Below are positions 36,592-44,900 of a DNA stretch of 64,000 nucleotides, piece after piece. The position numbers and the translations under genes are program-made. Origin of the DNA: Verrucomicrobiota bacterium. Its GTDB lineage: Bacteria; Verrucomicrobiota; Verrucomicrobiia; Limisphaerales; UBA8199. Positions within the stretch are counted from its first letter, which is position 1. Every line of letters starts with the position of its first letter. Below the pieces are notes generated by a model. The model worked only from the letters and a program-made list of their open reading frames with translations, made no database searches and was not told where the DNA came from. The stretch lies in contig JBEKJO010000012.1 in assembly GCA_050011195.1 (NCBI GenBank), positions 895 through 64,894 on the forward strand. Direction: 5' to 3'.

Positions 36592-37488
36592 TTACCTGCT
36601 CTGGCGCCGGAGGAGCGGCAGGACACCGAGGCCGAGAGCCAGCAGACCGAAGCTGGAAGGCTCGGGCACCTCTTCAACGTCAAGGAATGCTGGCAAACTC
36701 AACCCCGAGACCAGCGAGGCGTTGACCGTCGCCCCAGCGGTGGTGTATTCGCCAATCGTACTGTTGTAGTCCCAGTTCGCGACAAAGAGATCTCCGCCAG
36801 AGACCGCGATGCCAAATGGGGAATCCAACCCTGAGACCAGCGCGGCGTTGACCGTCGTCCCAGCGGTGGTGTATTCGCCAATGGTGCCGGCGTTGACATT
36901 CGCGACAAAGATATTTCCGCCAGACACCGCGAGGCCCAATGGGACATTCAACCCTGAGACCAGCGAGGCGTTGACTGTCGCCCCAGCGGTGGTGTATTCA
37001 CCAATCGTGCTGGAGGCCGCGCATGCGACAAAGATATCTCCACCAGACACCGCGAGGCCAACTGGGGAATTCAACACTGAGACCAGCGAGGCGTTGACCG
37101 TCGCCCCGGCGGTGGTGTATTCGCCAATCGTGCCGTTGTTGTGGTTCGCGACAAAGAGATCTCCGCCAGACACCGCGAGGCCATAAGGGCCATTCAACCC
37201 TGAGACCAGCGAGGCGTTGACCAGCGCCCCAGCGGTGGTGTATTCGGCAATGGTGCCGGCGTTGACATTCGCGACAAAGAGATCTCCGCCAGACACCGCG
37301 AGGCCAAGGCCATTCAGCCCTGAGACCAGCGAGGCGTTGACCGTCGCCCCAGCGGTGGTGTATTCGCCAATCGTGCCGCTGCCGTAGTTCGCGACATAGA
37401 TTTGCCCGCTAACAGTTTCAGGGATGGTCCAAAGCGCGGCGCAAATCGTCAGACCAGTAACAACAAATGAACGGAGCGATGTTTTCAT
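36592..37488 (-). CDS. PEP-CTERM-anchored beta-propeller-type repeat protein
   Basis: A signal peptide, about 6.5 tandem 41-aa repeats (GTIGEYTTAGATVNASLVSGLN.P.GLAVSGGDLFVAN), and a C-terminal VPEPSSFGLLALGLGVLPLLRRQSR. Confidence 0.85.
   Translation of the reverse strand: MKTSLRSFVVTGLTICAALWTIPETVSGQIYVANYGSGTIGEYTTAGATVNASLVSGLNGLGLAVSGGDLFVANVNAGTIAEYTTAGALVNASLVSGLNGPYGLAVSGGDLFVANHNNGTIGEYTTAGATVNASLVSVLNSPVGLAVSGGDIFVACAASSTIGEYTTAGATVNASLVSGLNVPLGLAVSGGNIFVANVNAGTIGEYTTAGTTVNAALVSGLDSPFGIAVSGGDLFVANWDYNSTIGEYTTAGATVNASLVSGLSLPAFLDVEEVPEPSSFGLLALGLGVLPLLRRQSR
36665..37405. repeat. About 6.5 tandem ~123-bp coding repeats (near-identical at the DNA level)
   Basis: The core ctgagaccagcgaggcgttgaccgtcgcccc recurs at about 36707, 36830, 36953, 37076, 37199 and 37319. 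Confidence 0.85.
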
Positions 37489-38039
37489 ATGCGACCCTTT
37501 CTTAACACATTGCCGACTGCGCGTCTGTCAGACAACTTCGGAAAATCATGTAAGGAAATCTCTTACAACATAGGCCAAAATGGAAAAAGTTATTCACAGG
37601 GTTATTCACAGTGAAGATTTCGCTGTTTGTTATATTCAGCGGTTTTACCCCCTCTCGACCCCCTCCCCGAAGATGCCCATCCCGCCGATTGGTGACTCCC
37701 CTCTCGACATCAGCAGTCCCGATGCCGCCACCCACGCCCAACTGCGGTTTCTTCTCGTCGCCAACAGTTGGTGGCGGTGGTGGCGCCGGATCAGGGCCGG
37801 GGTACCGCCACAGAACGGCTTACCGTGTTCCAGGGATGTGTCAGGAATGTTTCAGGGATCCCCATTCTCTCCCCCGCCCTGCCCCCGGGCCAGGCACCCA
37901 GAGGCTCAGGGGGACGCTCGCCCTCGCGTCCTTCTTTCTGCCGCGCGCCGGGCTTGGCAGCAGTATCAAGAAGCTCTCTGCCGCCTTTTCCTGCGATTCC
38001 TTCTTGCAACCAAGTCTCAATTGCCCTAACTTCCTCGCA

Positions 38040-38339
38040 GTGAAACAGAAACCGCCGCCGCCATTCCAGGTTCTCGAGGGCCGTTGTGCCGGACCCGAGG
38101 TTTGTCCCCTGAGCCGTGTCCAGGCCGGCGCGGTCGTCTGCATCAAGCAGCTTTCCACCGCGCCCGAGGTCACCGACCGGCTGCGTGAACTCGGTTTCTG
38201 CGAGGAGCAGCGGATCAAAATACTCTCCCGTCAATCCAACTTCATTTGCCAGGTTTGCAACGCGCGGCTGGGTATCTCCGGGAAGCTGGCGGACTCGATC
38301 ATGGTGGAAACTGTCTCTGACCCGCTCCCGGAGAAGTGA
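38040..38339 (+). CDS. feoA: FeoA-domain protein (copy 1)
   Basis: LSRVQAGAVVCIKQL...VTDRLRELGFCEEQRIKIL...ARLGISGKLADSIMVE. The start is set at in-frame GTG 38040. The upstream part of ORF 37611..38339 looks non-coding. Confidence 0.6.
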   Translation: MKQKPPPPFQVLEGRCAGPEVCPLSRVQAGAVVCIKQLSTAPEVTDRLRELGFCEEQRIKILSRQSNFICQVCNARLGISGKLADSIMVETVSDPLPEK

Positions 38340-38611
38340 CCTGCGCTGGTTCCGAAATCCTGCAAGCTATGCCGCCCACCCTTCAGCCGCTCACCTCGGT
38401 CGCCTTAGGCGCGACGGCCACCGTGGTCGAAATCAAACTGCCGCCCGAAAGCCGTCCGCGGTTAATGGAAATGGGATTGCTCGTCGGCACACCGGTCGAG
38501 CTGGTGCGGTTTGCTCCGCTCGGCGACCCGGTCGAGATCAAGGTGCGGGGCTATCATTTGACTTTGCGCAAGCACGAGGCGGAGCAGATTCTGGTGCAAG
38601 CCGATGCCTAA
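38336..38611 (+). CDS. feoA: FeoA-domain protein (copy 2)
   Basis: LTSVALGATATVVEIKL...RLMEMGLLVGTPVELVRFAPLGDPVEIKVRGYHLTLRKHEAEQILV. An alternative ATG lies at 38369. Confidence 0.8.
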   Translation: MTCAGSEILQAMPPTLQPLTSVALGATATVVEIKLPPESRPRLMEMGLLVGTPVELVRFAPLGDPVEIKVRGYHLTLRKHEAEQILVQADA

Positions 38612-38644
38612 ACCTGCCCGAGCCGGTCACTCGGCCAGCCGGAG

Positions 38645-40975
38645 ATGAACCCCGTATCCCCCAGCGCTGAGGAGCAGCCTGTCTTGCCCGCTGCAGCCGC
38701 CGCGCCTGGTTCGAGCACCACCGGCGCGGCAACCAGACCCACCCCCAAATCTGGCCCGCCGTTGCCGGCCTACATCGTTCTGACCGGCAATCCGAACTCC
38801 GGCAAGACGACTCTGTTCAACGGTCTGACCGGTCTCCGGGCCAAAGTCGGCAACTACGCCGGCGTAACGGTCGAGCGCAAAGAAGGCCGCCTGCTGGCCG
38901 CGCCCGCCGCCGCGAACGCCCGCGTGCTGGACTTGCCCGGCACCTACAGCCTCAGCCCACAGTCCCTGGACGAGCAAATCTCGCGCGACGTCCTGCTCCA
39001 CCGGCTGCCCGAGTTGCCCGCGCCCTCGGTGATCGTGGTGGTGGTGGATGCCTCGAATTTGCAGCGCAACCTCTACTACGCCTCCCAAGTGATCGAGCTG
39101 GGGTACCCGACGCTGATTGCGCTGAACATGATTGATGTGGCGGAGGAGAATGGGCACCAGATTGACGCCGGGAAACTGGCCGGCGAACTCGGCGTGCCCG
39201 TGCTGCCGCTGGTGGCCAGCACCGGCCAGGGGGTGCCTGAACTCCGCCAGGCAATCCTGGCCTCGCTCCAGGCTCCTCTGCGGGCCAAGCCGCGCCAGTT
39301 CTCCGAGTTGCCCGCCCTGTTGAAAGCGGAGGCCCTTGCCCTGGCCGGCTTGCTGGCCAAGACTTTTCACGAGCGGCGCGCGCAGGCGGCCGCCGAGGCG
39401 CTCCTCATTCTCAGCAATGAAAAGGCTCTCGCTTCCAGCCTGCAACATTACCCGGCCTCCATCCAGGAAGCCGTCTCCGCCGCCCGCCGCCGCCTCGATG
39501 CCGCCGGCGTTGACTGGCGCGGCGTGACCATCGAAGGCCGCTACCTGGGCGTGTCGGCCATCCAGCGCGCCGTCACCACCGAGCTGGCGCCCCCGGGCGA
39601 AAACTTCAGCGACAGGCTGGACCGGGTGCTGACCCACAAAGTCTGGGGGACAATGATCTTCCTGGCCATCATGACGCTGATGTTCCAGAGCATCTTCACC
39701 TTCGCGCGCATCCCGATGGACGCCCTGCAAAGCGGCGTCGGTTGGCTCGGCCACGTTGTGGGCGGACTGATTCCGCCGGGCGATTTGAACAGCCTGCTCG
39801 TGGACGGCGTGATTGCGGGCGTGGGCGCCGTCGTTGTGTTTCTCCCGCAAATCCTGCTGCTGTTTCTCTTCATCGGCTTTCTGGAAGACACCGGTTACAT
39901 GGCCCGCGCCGCCTTTTTGATGGACCGCCTGATGAGCAAAGTCGGCTTGCATGGCAAGAGTTTCATCCCGATGCTCAGTTCCTTTGCCTGCGCAATCCCC
40001 GGCATCATGGCCACGCGCACCATCGAAAGCCCCAAAGACCGCCTTGTGACCATCCTGGTGGCCCCGCTGATGAGTTGCTCCGCCCGCTTGCCCGTCTATA
40101 CCCTGCTCATCGCGGCGTGCATCCCGAACCTCACGGTCCTCGGCTTCCTCAAGCTGCCCGGTCTGACGATGCTTTCCATGTACCTGCTCGGCATCGTCGT
40201 GGCCCTCCTCATGGCCTGGCTGTTCAAGAAGACCCTGCTGAAAGGAGAAACCCCCATGCTCATCATGGAGCTGCCCCCCTATAAACGGCCCCTGTTGCGG
40301 GTCGTCGTCCGCCACATGTGGGACCGCTCGAAACTCTTTCTGCGCCGCGCCGGCACCGTCATTCTCGGCATCAACATCCTCCTCTGGTTCCTCGCCACCT
40401 ATCCCCATAGCGCCGAGACCCAACCCGTCCCTCCCGAACAGCGTGCCCGCCTCAAGACCCAACCTCCGCAGGCCCCTCCTCCTGAACCGGCGGCGGCCCT
40501 GCACGCCGACACCGCCGCGCTCGACAGCCAAACCGCTGGCGCCAGACTTCGCCAAAGCTTTGCCGGTCGCCTGGGCCGGCTCATTGAACCGGCCATTGCG
40601 CCCCTCGGCTTCGATTGGAAGATCGGCATTGGCATCATTACCAGCTTTGCCGCCCGTGAGGTCTTCGTCAGCACCATGTCCATCGTCTATAACGTCGGCA
40701 AAACTGAGGCCGACTCCTCCAGCATGACCAGCCTGGCCCAAACCCTCCAAACCCAAAAATGGCCTGATGGCAGCCCCGTCTATACCCCCCTGACCGCCGT
40801 CACGCTCATGGTCTTTTACGTCTTCGCCCTGCAATGCGTCAGCACTGTGGCCATCGTCCGGCGCGAGACCAATTCGTGGAGGTGGCCGATCTTCCAGTGG
40901 TTGTACATGGGCGTGTTGGCCTGGGGCCTGGCCTTCATCACCCACCTCGGGGGGCGACTGTTCGGCTGGCACTGA
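38645..40975 (+). CDS. feoB: Ferrous iron transporter FeoB
   Basis: N-terminal G-domain IVLTGNPNSGKTTLFNGLTG, DLPGTYSL, ALNMID, followed by a multi-TM permease region. Confidence 0.95.
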   Translation: MNPVSPSAEEQPVLPAAAAAPGSSTTGAATRPTPKSGPPLPAYIVLTGNPNSGKTTLFNGLTGLRAKVGNYAGVTVERKEGRLLAAPAAANARVLDLPGTYSLSPQSLDEQISRDVLLHRLPELPAPSVIVVVVDASNLQRNLYYASQVIELGYPTLIALNMIDVAEENGHQIDAGKLAGELGVPVLPLVASTGQGVPELRQAILASLQAPLRAKPRQFSELPALLKAEALALAGLLAKTFHERRAQAAAEALLILSNEKALASSLQHYPASIQEAVSAARRRLDAAGVDWRGVTIEGRYLGVSAIQRAVTTELAPPGENFSDRLDRVLTHKVWGTMIFLAIMTLMFQSIFTFARIPMDALQSGVGWLGHVVGGLIPPGDLNSLLVDGVIAGVGAVVVFLPQILLLFLFIGFLEDTGYMARAAFLMDRLMSKVGLHGKSFIPMLSSFACAIPGIMATRTIESPKDRLVTILVAPLMSCSARLPVYTLLIAACIPNLTVLGFLKLPGLTMLSMYLLGIVVALLMAWLFKKTLLKGETPMLIMELPPYKRPLLRVVVRHMWDRSKLFLRRAGTVILGINILLWFLATYPHSAETQPVPPEQRARLKTQPPQAPPPEPAAALHADTAALDSQTAGARLRQSFAGRLGRLIEPAIAPLGFDWKIGIGIITSFAAREVFVSTMSIVYNVGKTEADSSSMTSLAQTLQTQKWPDGSPVYTPLTAVTLMVFYVFALQCVSTVAIVRRETNSWRWPIFQWLYMGVLAWGLAFITHLGGRLFGWH

Positions 40976-41112
40976 TGCGGGCTGCCCAAGCCCGGGTCCG
41001 TAGAAGACCCGACGCCCGGTTGCAAAAAAAAGTGAAAAAAGGGCTTGCACCGGGCTGGCCCGCAGGCTAAATTCTGATGCGGATAACGGCAATGACCGTC
41101 GCATTAGCGAAC

Positions 41113-41910
41113 ATGAATTCGCGACAGACATCACGGTCGCGGCAGACATCACGGCCTCGAGGGTTTACGCTCATCGAGATGCTCACTGTGATCACGACCA
41201 TTGCGATCCTCGCTGCCCTCCTCCTCCCCATTTTAAGCAAAGCCAAGATCAAGGCCCAGCGCACCGCCTGCCTTTCCAATCTCCGGCAACTGGGCCTCGC
41301 TTGGGTCATGTACAAGGATGATAATAACGGCTTCCTGTCCGAGTCCTATCCAACCAACAATCCCGACGTATGGGTACAAGGTGACATGACCAATCCCAAC
41401 CAGGCCGGCGATGCTGGTTTGATCCGCCAGGGCAAACTCTACCCCTACAACGGCAATGTCCTCATTTACCATTGCCCGACCGACCAAGGCGTTTGCATTA
41501 GCGGGACCGTAGTCCCCACGGTCCGCAGCTACTCCATGAACTGCTTCATGGGCGCGCGCGACCCGACCCTTGGCCCGATCCCCTCCACCGCCGCCGGCTA
41601 CGTTCCGTTTTATGCGAAAGACAGCGACATCCCGAACCCGTCCCAAATGTGGGTCCTGATCGAGGAAGACGAGCGCAGTATCAACAACGGTTTCTTCATC
41701 ACCGACCCCACCGCCGGCATTTGGTTTAGTTTCCCCCCCATATCCGTTCATCGCCACAACTACAGCTACGTCCTCGATTTCGCTGATGGGCATTCCGAAA
41801 TCTGGCGCTATAATGACCCGCGCTCGTTCCAGGTCAGCGTGAACCAGACCGAGCAGCCCGGCGACACTGACCTCGCAAGCCTGGCCCGCGCGACCTCGAC
41901 CCCGAAATAA
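41113..41910 (+). CDS. Prepilin-type N-terminal cleavage/methylation-domain protein with an H-X9-DG motif
   Basis: [26 protein letters not shown]. The C-terminal [13 protein letters not shown] fits H-X9-DG. The ORF-track start 41077 is also possible. Confidence 0.85.
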   Translation: MNSRQTSRSRQTSRPRGFTLIEMLTVITTIAILAALLLPILSKAKIKAQRTACLSNLRQLGLAWVMYKDDNNGFLSESYPTNNPDVWVQGDMTNPNQAGDAGLIRQGKLYPYNGNVLIYHCPTDQGVCISGTVVPTVRSYSMNCFMGARDPTLGPIPSTAAGYVPFYAKDSDIPNPSQMWVLIEEDERSINNGFFITDPTAGIWFSFPPISVHRHNYSYVLDFADGHSEIWRYNDPRSFQVSVNQTEQPGDTDLASLARATSTPK

Positions 41911-41949
41911 CCCGCCGCGGTAACGCCTGCGGCATAGTCATTCCTCTTG

Positions 41950-44900
41950 CTACTGAACCTGCGGGTATAGAACAACGCGATAGAACTTCTGCGCGTTGGT
42001 GCAAAGGTTGTCGGAAGCGGTGACGGCGCTGCCGGTCGCGGTGATTAGACTGCCCATTAGACCGCCCAGATAACTCCAGTTGGTCGAGGCCAAACTGGAT
42101 TTATACTGCAAGCGATACTCTTGCCCCACCGCGGCGCTCCAGGTCAGGCTAAGCGTGCAATTCGAACGCACCACCGACAGGAACACCGGCGGGAAGACAA
42201 CTGTCAGGTGCGCCGCCGCGCTGGTCACCGAACCGAGGGCGTTGCTTACCAACACCGAGTAGGTCCCGGCATCGGCCAAGGAGACGTTGGCGAGGCTCAA
42301 GATGCGATTGGTGGAGCCGGACAGGTTGCCCCCATCCACCAGGTTGGTGCCGTTTTTCTGCCACTGATAGAAGAATTGCCGGGCCCCGGAGACCGCCGGG
42401 TTGAACAGCACGTTGGCTCCGCCGAGGACCGCCTGGCTTGCAGGTTGAGCCGTGATTTGGGGCGGGCCGGTGAAGCTGAGCCGGAAGATGGTGCCCTGGC
42501 CTCCCGGGCCGTTGGTAGTTGTCGTGCCATACAGATTGCCATCGGTATCCTCCACGAGCGCGGCGGCCGGCTGGGCGCCGTCATCGAAGCCATCGAAAAA
42601 GACGAACGTGGCGAAGGTGCTGCCGTTGGGAGACACCCCGAAAACCGTGCCATAACCGGTGAGGAGATCGGAAAGGGTCGTGCCATACAAATTCCCATCA
42701 ATGCTCTGCACCAGCCCGGCTTGAGGATAAAGACCATCCGGGTTAAGGTAATTACCAAATGAGTGCAAAGTCGTCAGCGCGCCATTCGGAGTCAGCTTGA
42801 AAGCCGTGCCCGGGCTGCCCAGCCCGCCCAAGGTGGTTGTGCCGTAGAAATTGCCATCGAGGCCCTGGACCAGCGCCCCAGCCGGCGTATAGCCATCGCG
42901 GCCACCGGTAAATGAGTAAATGGTGGTGAGCACACCGCCGGGGGTGAGCCTGAAGGCATTGCCCTTGCCGTAAGCGCCGCCGTAGGGCGTCAGGCCGTAG
43001 AAATTGCCATCGGCCCCCTGCATCAGCGCGCCGGTGGGACCGTTGCCGTCCAAGCCGCCGGTAAACGAGTAAAGGTTGGTGAAGGCGCCGGCGAGAGTGA
43101 GTTTGAAGATATTGCCATAGCCGTAGGTGCCGCCGGTTGGCGTCGTTCCATAGAGGTTGCCATCGCTGGCCGACAGCAGCGGGGCAACGGGAAACCTGCC
43201 ATCCACGCCACCCGCAAAGGAGTAGAGGTTGCTGAGCGCGCCCTCCGGAGTCATTTGGAACACGTTACCGACCCAGTTGGTCCCCCCGTATTCCGTCGTG
43301 CCGTAGAGATTGCCATCGCTGCCCTGGACGAGCGCGGCTTGCGGCCCCACGCCATTGGTGCCTGCGAACGAAACAAGAGTGGTCAGAATCCCATTGGTGG
43401 TCATGCGGAATGCGGTGCCCAAGCCGAGGGGGTTACCAGCCTGGCCATATTGCGTCGTGCCATAAAGATCGCCGTTGGTGGCCAACATCAGGCCGTTGGG
43501 GGTCAAGCCGCCCCCGCTCGCGGGGCCGAACCCGACCAGCGTCGCCAGCCGCGTCCCTGGCGCGCTCACCGGAATAACGGTCAGCACGGCGCCAGTGCTA
43601 GTGACCGAGGCGAGGGCATTGCTGACGATGACCGCGTAGGTTCCACTATTGGTTTCGAGGACATTGAACAGCGTCAAGGTACTGGTAGCCGAGCCGGAAA
43701 GGTTGCCGCCGTCGGCCAGGTTGGTTCCGTTCTCTTGCCATTGGTAGAAAAGGGGCAGGTTTCCGAAGGCAGTCACGGCAAACGTCACGGTTGCGCCCGG
43801 CGCCGGCGATTGGTTGGTCGGCTGTACGGTGATAAAAGGCGGAGAGGATGTCACCGACAGGACCGCGTCGGCGCTCCGCGCCAAACCGAGAGCGTTGCTA
43901 ACGATCACGGAATAAGTTCCGCTGTCGGCCAGGGATACGTTGCCAAGAGTCAGGAGGCGGGCGGCAGAGCCGGAGAGGTTGCCCCCATCGACCAGGTTGG
44001 TCCCGTTCTTCTGCCACTGGAAGGAAAACGGGCTGGTGCCGAAGACCGCGACGCCGAGCACCACGTCGGCTCCCACATACACTGACTGGCTGGCGGGCTG
44101 GCTCGTGATCTGCGGCGCGCCGCTGAAGCTGAGCCGGAAGATGACGCCTTCGTCGCTGGCGCCGCCGTTTTGGGTCGTCCCCAGCAAGCTCCCGTCTGCA
44201 TCCTCTATCAGCGCAGCCTCGGGATTCGCGCCCGCGTAGCCGTCGAACGCGACCAGCGTGGTCAGCGAGCCACCCGGCGTCAGCCTGAACACCGTGCCGT
44301 CCCCGTAGGTGCCGCCGTAGGCGGTCGTGCCGTAGAAATTGCCGTCACTGCCTTCAAGCAAGGGTGCCATGGGATAACTGCCGTCGCTGCCGCCGGTAAA
44401 TGAATATAGATCGGTGAGCGCACCCACCAGCGACCATTGGAAAACTGCGCCATTGTTAAACGCGCCGCCGCCGGTCGTCGTGCCACAGAATGTCCCGCCC
44501 GCCTGCGCCAACCCTGCCAGAGGAAAGGCGCCATTGGTGTTATTGAAGGAAGCCAGAGTGGTCAGAGTGGTCAGTGCGCCACTGGCAGTTATTTGGAACA
44601 CGGTGCCATACCCATAAGCGCCGACTTGGTAGGTCGTGCCGTACAAATTGCCATCGCTGCCTCTGAGCAAACCCGCCGCCGGGAAGCCGCCATCCGAGCC
44701 AGCGCTGAACGAGTAAAGCGTCGTCAGCGTGCCGTTGGTGGAGATTCTGAAGGCCGTGCCAAAGCCCGCTGCCCCGCCCTGGTAGGTCGTGCCGTAGAAG
44801 TTGAGATCGCTGCCCAGCGTCAGCCCGGCATACGGCAGGTCGCCATTCGTGATATTGAGCGAAATCAAATTGGTCAAGACGCCGCTCGCTGTCACCCGGA

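Noticed and set aside
38627-41152. 841-aa ORF on the minus strand spanning the whole feoB region
   Set aside because: It is antisense to an unambiguous FeoB gene. The translation is Gly/Arg/Ala/Asp-rich low-complexity sequence, typical of shadow frames in high-GC DNA, and has no recognisable motifs.
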